Source: Camelus ferus
Taxonomy: Eukaryota
Length of the DNA: 64,000 bases
Assembly: GCF_009834535.1 (NCBI RefSeq)
Contig: NC_045696.1
Location: 620,001-684,000 of the forward strand
Direction: 5' to 3'
In this document: positions 24,726-37,530 of the stretch, in pieces
Position numbering within the stretch: the first letter of the stretch is position 1
Layout: each line of letters begins with the position of its first letter
The notes under the pieces: generated by a model
The model's input: the letters and a program-made list of their open reading frames with translations, nothing else
What the model was told of the DNA's origin: nothing
The model's database searches: none
Program-made: the position numbers and the translations under genes

Positions 24726-25049
24726 AGAAAAAGAACAGAAATGAGAGAAATGAACCTGCTGAGGTTGGAGGGGATGCCCGGCAAGCGTTGATGTTCTGGT
24801 GCCTTAGTTGAAGCCTCTGTTTCTTAAAACTTGGAAATAAAGCAGGAAGGCGGGTGCTACATCCTTCCAGCATCGTACTGGGGTACTGTGTAACCAGCTT
24901 GTAAATAAACTGAGGATTACTGAGGTCTGTGTCCCTGTGCGCCTGCATCTGACATCACTATTCTAAGGGCTCAGGTTCTCGGATGTTTCATGTTGGCTTG
25001 CAGGCTCTTTCCAGGAAAGATGCAAATAATCTCTGGTAGCAAGTGTCAA

Positions 25050-25530
25050 ACAATAATCAGTATCTAGACTGCAAAGAAAAAAGGGCTTTATTGGTGGTCT
25101 TAAGAACTGCAATTTTGAAAAAAGAAAAAACCAAAAAGAAAAGAAAGAAAAGAATTGCAATTCTGGAGGCATAGATTTGGGTAAAAACGTGTTCTGGGGA
25201 AAAGAAAGAGTCAGGGGTTTATAAAGACAAAAAGACAGAGCTGTTACAGTTGCCCAGGGGGAACTGTGACTGACTCTGACCCGAGTCAGGACACACTGTG
25301 CATCAGGACCCTCGGCTGCTTTAGGGTTAGGGTCCAGGGAGTGTCCCGAGTGTCTGGCAGATGTCCTGGACGCCGAGGTTGGACCAGTAAGTGGCACGAG
25401 GTCAGACTTCACACAGGCTGAGCCATGCAAAGCCCCACTTCTCAGTGGCCTCCTGGCTCCTTTTCAGAGAGCTCTCTTAGCAACGCTGACTCCGTTTTGG
25501 TTTTCCTTGCCCTAAAGGTAACTGTTTCGT
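25050..25530 (-). mobile_element. Probable ERV1-class solo LTR
   Basis: On the minus strand: 'cgaaacagttacc..aaccaaaacggagtcagcgttgctaag' start, TATA-like tttataaa, then AATAAA (25087-25092), in LTR order. Confidence 0.6.
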
Positions 25531-25549
25531 GTTGGTCTCAGCCTAACAA

Positions 25550-26150
25550 TAAGCGATGTCGTCCCTGTGTTTCTTACTATAATCGCGAGAGGCCAGCCTG
25601 CGGTGGCCCCGCGCCCCACCACGCGTGTTCTGTCGTGGTGGCGTCTGTGATGTGTGCCAGCCAGGGGCACGGCCCCGGCCCAGACTCCGCGAGGGCGCAG
25701 CGCGGCCCCCGCCCCCCAGGCCGCGGCCTGCCGTCGCTGCCGGGGACCGCCCTTCCGCCAGCAGCCCGCGGCTCTCACTCTGGCTGCTGCGTGACGCTGT
25801 CTGTTCACTTAAGCTTTCCCATCTGTGTGACCGAGCTGGGAAGCCCAGGTTCTAACCATAAATGGAAACGTTTCGAGGGGGCCACAGACAGCTGCCAGGC
25901 GACTTGGGAGATGACTCAGCCGCCGAAGGAAGGAAAGATGTTTGTGGTCCAGCGGCGCCGGCTCTCTTTTCGGAAGGGCGCCGAGGGACCGCGTGTGACT
26001 CAGACACCCGCAGGGGTTCCTCAGAGACGGCCTTCTAGGACAAGCGCAGTCAGAGGACTCCGTTGGTAAAGGGAAATCTTAACTTCGAGCTCCGTAACAG
26101 CTGAAAGTTAATGAAAAGGTGCTTCCTTTTTCAGAGTCAGGACTGAATGG
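25550..26150. promoter_or_regulatory. CpG-rich enhancer/promoter-like element with CArG and AP-1 motifs
   Basis: Perfect CArG CCATAAATGG at 25856-25865; TGACTCA at 25912-25918 and 25996-26002; CpG-dense 25580-25800. Confidence 0.55.
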
Positions 26151-27799
26151 TGTTGGCCAAAGTCAGAGCGAAGCTCTTCCCACGTGGAGTTGGACGGGGC
26201 GCTTCTGTAAAACCCCACGAGACAATCGAGCATCAACAGATTTGGGCAATTTAATGAAAAACAGGCAAGAGGGGAGTGGTGTTTCTTTTGAAGTGTTTTG
26301 ATCTGTTGCCCGGTGGACTCAGTTTCTTCATTTCAGAATGGCATTTTCTTTCTTTTCTTGTTTGTTCCCCGTTTCTCCCAGTTTTCGGCAACGCCACAGC
26401 ACAGCACTGAGAGGGTCACTGACATTTCACACAGCAGCTGTGGGAAAGCCGAGCGGTGACTGAAGTGCGAGGGGAATCAGGAGGCTGGGGGGAGCTGGGG
26501 TCCGGGGGGGAGCTGGGGTCCAGGGGGAAGCCGTATCCGACCCCTTCCTACCAGCACAGCTGGGGTCTCCGGGCGTCTCCCCTTGGGGGTCTGTCAGGCA
26601 GGCGCGCGTTCGCGTTCGTGGGTGAGCGGGGGCTCCACGGCCCCCAGGAACCACCAGGGTGGGCTGGGGCCCGTCTTCCTGATGCGAGCTGCAGCCTCAC
26701 TGTCCCCCGGGGTCTCAGGACACCACGCCCACCGGAGGGGCAAGGTGGAGGCTCAGGAAGTGACAGAGCACTCGCGTCCGCAGTGAGTGGGGGACCCAAC
26801 CCCAGGGGGCTGGGACTCGCGCTCAGGCCCGCGGGGTGTCCGCCCAGCCCTGGGCACGGTCCACGTGGTTCCCCAGCCTCCCTCCTGCAGACGGAGGGCG
26901 TGGCTGGAGGTGCCAGGTGCTGCTTTCAGGCCTGGGTGCGGCGCTCTTGTGACGGACCCCCAGGCACTAAAGGGGGCAGAGCTGGCCGATCGATGGGAGG
27001 ACCCTGACCCCCCGAGTGACCCCGCGATTCGCGTGTTCTGAGCTGTGGCAGGAGCAGCACGAAGCCTCCTCCCAGCACTTGCTTCCCAGCTCCTGCCGCA
27101 CCCCACCTGCGGCCCAGGCTCTGGCCTTGGTGGGAATGAGCAATGGCTGTGAGGCTTGGAGCCCCGGGGACGTGTGAGGGGCGGTGACAGCTGAAGTTCA
27201 CCTGAGACCAGGATGCAGTGGAGGAGGAACTGCCCAGTGAAGGTTCAGCTCACCCAGTGCAGGTCTCACGCACAGGGCTGAGCTGCTGGGAGGTGCCCGC
27301 CCGCCCTCCCACGCCATCTAGACGGGCCCAGAGTGGGCGGGGCTGGTGGAGCTGTTTCTCTGGGGGTGGCTGCTGCCCCTGCCCTCACTTCCAGCCTGCT
27401 GGCTGGGGGTTCAGCTGGATGGCTCAGCCGGTCAGAGAGAAGGCCAAGGATGGTGCTGGGGACAAACCAAAACTCCATTCAGGGAGCAGAGAGAAGCAAA
27501 GGAATGTGCTGGACAGATGTGGCCACGTGGGAGAGGAAGCTGGCGGCCCCTCTGAGGTCCTGTCAGTAGGCCCGGGGCACAGGGGGGCCTCCGGCAGAGA
27601 CGCTCCCTGGAGACAGGCTGACTTCCGGGGCTCAGGGCTCCAGGGAATCACATTGGCTGAGAGAAAAAGGCACCATCCTGTCACAGGACGCAGGCGTTGG
27701 CTGCTGCCTTTAGAGCCCCCCTCCATGGACTCTGCACTGAGGCTCTCCTGCGGGTGCCATGTGACACGTGGATTCAACTGGATTTCTATATTCAAGCCA

Positions 27800-28885
27800 T
27801 GAAAAATTTAAAAATCTTATCATTTTCCATTGCATCAAAGAATACATACCATTTAGGGATAAATCTAAGAATGTAGATGCAAGGCCAATACACTGAAAGC
27901 TGAAAGTCGTTGCCAACAATTAAAGAAGACTTAAAAAGTAGAGAAATAGACCATATTCATGGACTCAAAGACTCAGTATTAAGAAACTTAGAGGTTTTCC
28001 CAAATTGATCTTTAGCTTTAATGTGATCTCAGCCCATCCCATTAGGCTAAGTTGACACTGAAAAGCAGATTCTAAAATTTATGTGGAAATTCAAAGTAAT
28101 CTTTAAAACAACAAGGTTGGAGGTTTTAAACCACTTAATTTAAAGACATTATAAAGCTACAGTAATTTTAACATATATATTATAGATCGTAGTTAACATA
28201 AGTAATTAATTTATTGCAAATTGAAACCACAGTGAGATTCCACTGAACACCCCCCAGTATGTCTACAATTTAAAATGCTGACAGTACCACTGAGTGTGGG
28301 TGAGGGCGTGGGGCCACCGAATTCTCACACAGGACAGGGGGAGTTTCAAGTGGAGCGGCTGCTTGGAAAACTGGCAGCTCTGTAGAAAGTTATGTTTGCA
28401 CTTCCCCGATGACCCAGCCATTCCACTCCCAAGTATTTCCTGTAGACAAATAAAAACACATGTCCACACACAGATCCGTACAAGGATGCTCACACCAGCT
28501 TCATGCGTCATGGTCGGAAAATGGAAACACCCCAAGCCCGTCAACGAGAGAGACTGGTCTGTCCACGCGTGGGCCAAGGCCCCGCCCTCAGGGGACCAGT
28601 GCCTGGTACCAGCGGCAGCCCCGGGGCGGGGGGCAGGGGAGGAAGTCGGACCCTGAGAATGTGTGCTGTGCGGTTGTGTTCCTGTGAAATTCTAGAATAG
28701 GCGTAAGTCTTGATTAGTGACTGAGAGCAAATAAGAGGTGGCCTGGGTGGGATGCTCGGGGGACTAACTTCTCAGGGCACAGGGGCTGGGGCAGGGTGGG
28801 GTGGGGGACACCTTCTGTGTCTGACTGTGGTCGTCACACGCTGTATGCATCTGTAAAAGTATGAGACCATATGCTTAAAATACAT
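27800..28885 (+). mobile_element. Old L1 ORF2 and 3' end fragments, distal part GC-shifted
   Basis: 'tttagggataaatctaag', 'attcatggact..agactcagtatt', 'gacccagccattccactcccaagtattt'. Confidence 0.8.
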
Positions 28886-28889
28886 ACTC

Positions 28890-29260
28890 TTGTTTTTTTT
28901 TAACACCTTTCTGTGGTATGACTCTTGTACAGTAAACGACACATATTTCAGATGTACAATCTGATAAATTTTGATAGATGTTCACACCCAGGAAACCACC
29001 ACCATGATCGAGATACCCAACATTTCCATCGCTCCCCAAGGGTGCAAATTTCAAACTCCCAATTTATCCTTTCCCACCCCTTTTACCCGCTGGTAACCAT
29101 GAGTCTGTTCTGTCTGTGAGTCTGTTTCTGTTTTGTAGGTAAGTTCGTTTGTGTCTTTTTTTTTTTTTTTTTGATTCCACATATAAGTGTTATCACATGG
29201 CATTTTTCTTTCTCTTCCTGGCTTACTTCACTTAGAATGACGATCTCCAGGTCCATACTC
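28890..29260 (-). mobile_element. Old L1 3' end joined to a young L1 3'-UTR fragment
   Basis: 'tacaatctgataaattttgatagatg', then 'gattccacatataagtgttatcacatggcatttttctttctcttcctggcttacttcacttagaatgac'. Confidence 0.8.
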
Positions 29261-29799
29261 TTCCTTTTATGTGAATAGTGCCTCACTAAGATTGATTATC
29301 AGACGTGTAAGAAAGGCACCGCTGGCTGGAATGTTCACGTGAGGCCCTGCCCTTGCTGCAGTGATGGAGACCCAGCCACCCTGCGGCATCGGGGAGGCTC
29401 TGAGGGGGAGGCGAGCCGTAGTCACCGCCGTCGTCATCTTCTGCCAGATGCACACGGTGTTTTTCCCTGCGGATGGTGGGGCTGAAGAGACGGAGGGACC
29501 ATGGAGACGGAGGAGGGGGCGGGTGTAGGACGCGGGGGCGGGTGTAGGACGCGGAGTCGGGGTGCTGGGCCCGGGATGGCACCGCTCTTTGGGAGAGGAG
29601 GGCCGGTGTTTTCTTTTGGAAGAAGATCCTGAGCAGGTTGTGGGAGCTCCCCACTGTGGGAGCCCGCGCCTGTGAGCCCCGCTTGCAGAGACCCTGACAC
29701 GGGCTCCCCCCGACACTCGCCGGGAGGCCCCAGCCCCAGCGCCACTGGCCCCACGAGCCTCCTGCACTCTCACAGTTGTGGGAATTGCACCGAGCTTCA

Positions 29800-30369
29800 C
29801 GTCTGTTGGTGTTGATTATTTTAGAAATGAAAACAGAAATTTAAAAATACGTATTTATTGATCCATTTCAAATGAACAAGGATAAGCCCATTGCATTGTT
29901 AATGTAAATAACATACTTTTAATTAAAAACTATATTTTCTAAAAGAAAAAAAAAGCCCGTGAGAGGAGTGGCACTCTGCCCGTTTGTGCAAGACTGTGAC
30001 GTCTGGAGGAGAGCTGGGCGCTCAGGTCTGCTGCTTCCTGCAGGCTGTCGTGACAGGTGGTGGCTCTGGGCAAAATCTAGGATGGAAATCTGGCTTCGTG
30101 CGGACGCGGAATTGGAGGGAAGAGTATTTTGAGAGTCTTTTCAGGTAATTGTGGATATTCTTTTCTATGACACCAAAAGCCAATAAAAGGTCACTTCCTA
30201 AGGGTTTGTTGCAATGTCAGATCCAAATCCAAATCAGTGAATTTTTGTGCTCCGTACTTTTGTGAGGGGATGAGAATGAAGAAGGCAAAATGGTCAGGTT
30301 TGGCCTCGCAGACCCCCGAGAGCATCTCAGAAACCTCTAGGGTCCCCGGACCGTACTGTGACCGTGCTG
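29800..30369. mobile_element. hAT-Charlie DNA transposon remnant (Charlie1-like)
   Basis: AT-rich body ('gtgagaggagtggcact', 'aggtaattgtggatattctt') ending 'gacccccgagagcatctcagaaacctctagggtccccggaccgtactgtgaccgtgctg'. Confidence 0.7.
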
Positions 30370-33300
30370 AGTCATTAGACAGGCGGAAATATTCTCTGAG
30401 CTAATGGGGCCTGTCGGAACCTTGGTGCAGCTGGAGAACGGATACTCCTGCAAAACCCCCGGGTGAGTCCGTGATCAGCTAGCTTCAGGACTCACTGCTG
30501 TGAGGAGTAGGGCTTTAAGGAGCCTTGGGGAGAGACGTTGAGCAAGGAGCAGGTGAGGCACCACAGCTCCACCTCACAGCCCTGCACCCTCCTTCACCTG
30601 CCATGCAGGGTTCCTGCCGAGCCCAGAACTGGCGTCAGACCCCGGCTGGGACCGGACCACACGGTGTTCATTCCCTCACGTAGTCTGGTTGCTCCACACC
30701 TCCACCAGGGAGGGTGCGGATCCTGTCTTCCTGCTCTGTCACCCTCAGTAGGTGACTTCCAGCCTCACAGTTACCTCAGGGTCCATGATGACTGCTGGAG
30801 CTCCTGCTCCCACATCTTTGCCCAAGGATGGCAGAAAGAAACATCAGGAAGGGACCAGAGGGAGCTCTCCCTGGAGAAGCCAGCTTCCTTCCAGTGGCCT
30901 CTGTGGATGGCCCCACCCTTCCACTCACAGCTCGTGGGCTGCCAGCTGCAAGAGAGGCTGCCACACGTGTTGACTTGAATGCTGAGGAGGGAGGGAAGGA
31001 CAAGTGAGGGGTAAGCAGCGAGCAGGCTCAGCGGCAGCTGCACCCTTCCTCCATGTGATCTGCTGGATGACGAGGCCCTGATGCCCCTTCCAGCCCTCGC
31101 AGGGAGCTCTGGGCCCCCCTTCACCTGGCTTCTGGGGCCTTGCGCTGGTCCCCTGGCCCTAACCCTAACCCTTGTTGGACAGAGATAACTAGTTCCACTC
31201 TGTCTGACCCTGGGGGCCTGTACCCACAGATCCCTGTGAGACCCTCCTTGTGCCAGCTGGACCCACCAGCTGGCCTGTCTGGAGTGGCCAGCAGACCCCT
31301 GAGCCCTGGCACCCCTGCTGTCTCTGTACATTCAGAAGGTGTCAGACCCCTCCCTGCCACATCCCGGGACCCCCATCCCTCAGCGTAGCACATCACAGCG
31401 GAAGGCAGACCCCTGAGCGCCATTTCTCAGGACAGAAGAGTAAGGGAGGGAGAGCAGGGGGAGTGGGTGGGGCATGGGAGGATCACCCCATCTCGTCCTG
31501 GGGGCCGGCGGCCAATGTGGAGGGCAGCCAGCTCTCCCCCTGAAGCCTGCGTGCCAGCCGTCTGGCCGGCCTGAAGGGTTCCAGATGTGGGCCTCCGCGT
31601 GATTCCCGGAGGCAGCTGGGCTGCATCAGGCTGTCCCTAAGGACACTCTGTGCACTGGGATTTGCCGTGCTCACCAGCCCACCCCAGGCAACACCCACTC
31701 CTGGTGCAGCATGCCTGGGTGTTGGGGGGACAGAGGAGGGGGCTCTCAGGGCCAGGGCAGATGCAGCATTTTTGCCTGGGGGAGGGCCTGCAGGCGATGC
31801 ACTTGGAGGGCATGTGCGGGTCTGCCTGGACTCAGGAGGCACAGGCTTCAGGGATCCTCTTGCATTACGAAGCTCTGCCAGCCTGTCAGACCAGCCTGTC
31901 GGACCCTGGCCATCCAGGACCTTCCCTGACCCTGCGCTCCTGCTCACAGCCATCCAGAGCACTGCCTGGCCCCACTGTCCTCCAGGCCACCCGCACAGCG
32001 GACAGGGACTGTCTAACCTGGGGGCTGGCAGGAGTTTAGGGGCCCAGGGCCTCCCTGCTTCAGCTGGAGGGCTTTGTTCTCTATGCTGATCAGCTGCTGA
32101 CCACACACAATATTATCACTGAGGAGGGGTTCTGTGTAAAATCCGGTGCAGGCCAGTGGAAGCCCCCACCCACTCCTCTCGCCCTCTGACCCCATCCTTG
32201 CTCCTTGGGCACAGCTGAGGTCCTCTGCCCCTCCTTTGGAATCTAGGAGGGAGGGGTCCCTGCAGCCTGCTGGAATCGGGCAGCTCCAGCCTGACCACCT
32301 CTGCCGGTCACTTGCTTCGTCCTTCCCTCAGCTCCCCACCTGCAGCAAATGGTTTCTGTTTGTGCAGCTCATAGTGGAGATTTGTTCTGACTGAACACCC
32401 CTGACCTGGGCCACCTTGTTTCCAAGCCTGGGGGTGTCTGACCTGAAGGCTGACAAGAGGGTCGCTCTGCAGCCCCCGTGTGTCTGGCACAGTCCCCCTG
32501 CCAGCCTGGGGGTTGTGCTGTGGCAGGGCTGGACCCGTCCGCCTGGACCTCCACGTTACCTGCGCTGTCCCTGGGAAAGGATGCCCCGGGGGTCCAGGGC
32601 GAGGTTGCTATTCCTGAGTCATGAGTACCCCTGCCGTGTTTCCAGGACCAGGGGGCAGACAGCTGTCCTGCCGGCCGTATTCCGAGAGCCCGCTGGGAGT
32701 GGTGACCTTGGCACCCACTTTCTATCCAGCCCGAGAGCATGGCCTCTTCATTCTGCGCCCAGGCCGGGCCTCACTCCTGGTCACCACTGTGTGAACATTG
32801 TCAAGTTAACCTTGAGGGAGGTGAGCCCACTCGCTCACCGGTCCCGAGAGCTCGGGCCACGGCCGGGCACGCTCGTGGGAAGGTCCAAGTGCTGGGGATA
32901 TGTCCTGTGCAGAAGAAGGGAGGGCATTCACCTTGTGGGCCTGTCCCTGACCTCCGGATTCTGGGACGGATTTGGGCCCTCAGCCATCACCTGCTTTTTA
33001 AAAAGCAATAGAATCACCCCTGCCACCCGATCAAAGCCGCTGTGTGCCGAGAGAACTCATGCTTCCTCCGCAGGGACGGGGAGTCTCCAAGCACGAGTCT
33101 TGAATTAAATGCTTTTGAGGCTGAAAAAATCTACATGTTTAAAAATAAGAGTAGAAAACCTCTGAATAACAGATCTATAGGAAGAGTAAAGAGATAAATA
33201 AATTCCCTCCCCACTGGGGGGGAGCAATGGATGATGTGCAAAGAACTGTTCCTGGAGAGACAATTAAAACTTGAAATAAACTGTGAAGCTGGCAGCTCGA

Positions 33301-34054
33301 GCCCCCCGTTGCAGCTTTCCCCCCAAATGAACAGCCACAGGACATGTCAGGGCCCCTTGAGGGAGAGGCCAAGCCGGCTCTTCTGCGAATCTCCTTTTCC
33401 CTGCATCCTCCTCTAACTTCCCTGCAGCGTTTGCCTGAATTTCCTCTGGGTTCTGAATTCACAGATGTCTGATTATGCAAGACTCTTTCCCATTTTTGGC
33501 AAAGGAAGTTACTCGAGGAAGCTTGGAAAGGAGCTTCCCGGGGCTGCCAGCCGGCTGGGGTGGAGGCACCCGGTGTCCGGCTCCTGGTCTCCCGGGGCTG
33601 AGGGAGTGAGGAGGGACCCGCTGCTGGTTTGGGAGCGCCTATTCCTGGGAACATCTTCTCTGAGCAGGAAGCCTTTCCAGAGGCCCCCGGCAGAGTCCGC
33701 CCTCACCTCTTTGCCAGATGTGGGTCAGGCACTCCGCCCTGAGCAGAGCCTGGCGGGGACCTAATCGTCCTCCCTGCTCCAGGGCTGTCCCTGGAGCTGA
33801 GCCGTTCGTGGGTGGGAATAACACAGAGTCAGTTACGAGGAAGATGAGGGGAGTGGATGGCGGGTGGACAGGCTGGTCTCCACTGTAGCGATGGCTCTCT
33901 GACCGCCGTTGCTCTGGGGCATCTCTGGGGCAAGCTGCAAAGTCGTAAGGAAGTCGCACGGGGCCATGAGAGTAGTCATTAGAGAATAGTGGTTCTCAGT
34001 GGGACTTAGCACCCTTTGGGGGCGTTTAGACGTGTTGGAGGGGCTTTTAAAAAT

Positions 34055-37000
34055 CAAACTCATTGAGGAATAGTATGTATTGTATGTACAGCTATACATA
34101 CAACCAGATGCACCCATTTAAAGTGTACAGTTTAATATATTTTGTCAAATGTATGTAACTGTGTAGCCATTAGCACAATCAAGGCAGAGATCATGCCCAT
34201 CACCCCAAAAGGACCCCTGAAATCCTTTTGTGATAAATTGCCCCCCCGTATAATTACTGACCGACATTTTGTAACTACAGGTTATTTTTCCATGTTAAGT
34301 TCACATTCATGGAATAAGACAATGCGTGCTCTTTTGGCTTCTGCGTGTTTTTGAGATGCATCCAAATTTAATTGCTGTACCAGTTAGTTTATCCAGTCTC
34401 CTGCTCATGGGCTCTTCCACTCTGTCAACTGGCTGTTTCCAGTTTACGAGTAAAGTGGCTCAAGCCTTCGTGAGGATGTGTCCCTGCATTTCTCGTGGGC
34501 AGAGGTGTAGATTGATACGGTCGGGTCATGAGGCAAGTGCTTGACGATCCAAGACACTGCCAGTTTCCCAAAGTGACTGTACGCAGTGGTGAGCGAGCGG
34601 TCCAGTTCCTCGCGGAACAGCTTGCTCGGGTTTCGCGCTTCCTCCCCCTCTTTCGGTATAGAGATCGTGGGTTTATAGATTTGTGTAACCGTGACCACAA
34701 CCTGGGTGTAGGACTTTTTCATCACCCCAGAGAAACCCCCTCATGCTATCCCTTTATACTCACACTCTCCCTCCAGTCCCAGCCCTGGGGCAACCATGAT
34801 TTTGTTTTTTATCTATATAATTTTGCTAATTTAAGAATATTACATAAATGGAACCATACAGTAGGTAATCTTTGGAGGCTGACTTTTCTCCTCAGTACAA
34901 TACTTTTGTGATCCGTCCAAATCGTGTGTATCAACAGTTTGTCCCTTTTCATTGCTGAGTGGTATTCTTTTTAATGGATGTACCACAGAGTATTTGTCCA
35001 TTCACTTGCTGAAGGACATTTGCATTTCTAAAACAAACTCCACTCGGTTGTAGTTTATTATTCCTTTGATATATTGTTGTATTTTATTTGCTAAGACTGT
35101 GTAGGTGATTTTCTTATCTGTGTTCATGGAAAATATTGGTGTGTGGTTTTCTTTTTTTGCACTGTCTTTGTCTAGTTTTGACATCAGGGTAATACTAGCT
35201 TCCTGAGATCACTTGACGTGTTCGCTCCTGTTTCTAGGAGAACTCAATTGGAATTGGTGTTATTTCTTCTTTAACTGTTTGGTAGCATTCACCAGTGAAA
35301 CCATCCAGCCCTGGAATTTTTTTTTTGGAAGGATTTTAACTACAAATTCAATTTCTTTAAGAGTTATAGAAATAGTCAGATCATCTGTTTCATCTTGGGT
35401 GAGTTTTTGTAGTTTGTAGTTTTTGAGAAATTGGTTCCTGCCATTAAGTTATTGATTTTTTGTGTTCAGAGTTGTTTGTAGTATTTGCCTATTTTCCTTT
35501 TAATATCTGCAAGGTCTGTAAATTTGATAGCTCTTCTTTCATTTCTGAGATTGGTAATTTGTGTCTCCTCTCTTTTTTGGGGTAAGTTTGCCAAAATATT
35601 ATTGATCTCAATCATCTCAAAGAGCCAGTGTTTGTTTCCATCGATTTTCTCCATTGTGCTTTGTTTTAAATTCATTGATTCCTTCTCTTATCTATAGTTT
35701 TTCCTTGTTTCTACTTGATTTAGACTTATTTTGTGCTTTTAAAGTTGTTTCTTGAGGTGAAACCTTGGATTATTGTTTGTAAATCTTTCTTATTTTCTAA
35801 TATAAACATTTAGTGTTATAAATTTCCCTCTAAGTGATGCTTTAGCTGCATACCACGGATTTTGACGCATCACATTTTCATTTTCATTCAGTTAAATATA
35901 ATATTTAGTTTCCCTTGAGACTTTCCCTTTGTCCATAGATTATTTAGAAGTATGCTGTTTAATTTTTAACCATTTAGAGATATTTCTTATTTTTTATTAT
36001 TATTGATATCTAGTTTGATATCTAGTTTGATTCCATTATGGTTAGAGAACATATTTTGTATGATTAAATTCTCTGAACTTCATTAAAGACTTTTAAATTA
36101 CTCTTGGTGTCATTCATCTTGGTAAATGTTTCACATGCACATGAGAAATATTTGTGTTCTGCTCTGGTTGGGTGAAGTATTTAATAAAAGTCAGAGCCCA
36201 TTGGTTAGCAGTGATATTCAATTCTTGTTTATCTTTGCTGATTTTCTGTCTGTTTGTTCTGGGACAGAAGTGTTGAAGTGTCCAACTATAATTCTGGATT
36301 TGTCTATTTCTCCTTTTAGCTCTGTATTCATGAATTTTGCTTCATGTATTTTGAAGCTGTGTTGTTAGGTACATAAACACTTAAGATTGTTGTGTCTTCT
36401 TGGTAAATTGACACTTTTATTATCAATTTCCCTTTAAATCTATGATATTTTTATTCTGAAGCTTATTTATGAATTTCTAAAGTCTACTTTATCTGTTTCA
36501 ATAGAGGCAGCCCATTTTTAAAATTTGTGCTTGCACAGTATATCTTTTTCCATCCTTTAAACCTACCAATATTATATTTGAAGTGAGATTCTTGTAGATA
36601 GTATACAGGTGGGTGATTTTAAAAAATTCATCCTGAAAATCCCTGTCTTTTAATTTAGATCACTTACATTTAATGTAATTGTTTTTATGTTTGGATTTGG
36701 GACTACCACTTTATCATTTTTTGTTTGTTTTTACTTTTTTAATTAAAAATTTTTAAAAATTTGTTTTATTCCTCCCTCCCTTTTTTTATTCTTCTGTTTC
36801 CTGTTTTCCCCTTTGTTTTGGTTATTTGAATGTTCTTTAGTATTCTGTTTTAATTTATCTATTGTGTTGTTGGTTATACACTGTTGTACATTTTTTTGTA
36901 GTTTCCTGGCAATTACAATATACATACGTAAACTTTCACAGTCTACTTAGAATAAACATTTTACCATTTCAAGTATTTTGTAGAAATCCTACCACCATGT

Positions 37001-37530
37001 AAGGTCCTGTACTCTCCATCTTTTATGCTGTACACCCACATAGGCTGAAAACTCCATGAGACAATATTATAACATTTGCTTTTAATCATCAAGCATATGT
37101 CAAAGAACTGAAGTGGAGAAGAAGAGTCTATTACATTTCCCAGATGCTAGTACACTTGTTACTCTTCCTTCCTAGGATTCCCTTATGTCTGAAGAACTTC
37201 TTTTAGTAGTTCTTTTAGGGTATGTTTGCTGCTAGCAAATTATTTTAGTTTTCAAGAGTGTCTTTATTTCACCTTCATTCCTGAAGGTTATTTTTGCTGT
37301 GTACAGAATTCTGAGTTGACTTTCTTTTCTTTCAGTGCCTGAAAAAGTTCCACTTCCTTTTGGCCTCCATGGTTTCTGATGAGAAATCTTCAGTTACTTC
37401 AACTGCTATTCTTTCACAAGTAATGTGTCATTTATCTCTGCATTGCAGATATTTTTCTGGCTAATTTTCAGAAGTTTGATTGTGAGGTATCTGAGTCAAT
37501 TTTGGGGGTTTTCCTGTTTGGAGTTCACTT
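34055..37530 (-). mobile_element. Composite block of old L1 fragments
   Basis: Two L1 3' ends (~34060 and ~34650) followed by antisense ORF2 text ('ttcaccagtgaaaccatccagccctggaa', 'gtgttgaagtgtccaactataatt'). Confidence 0.88.

Noticed and set aside
31157..31172. (CCCTAA)n-like run, also (TTAGGG)2 at 25321-25332
   Set aside because: Under three units; too short to call interstitial telomeric sequence
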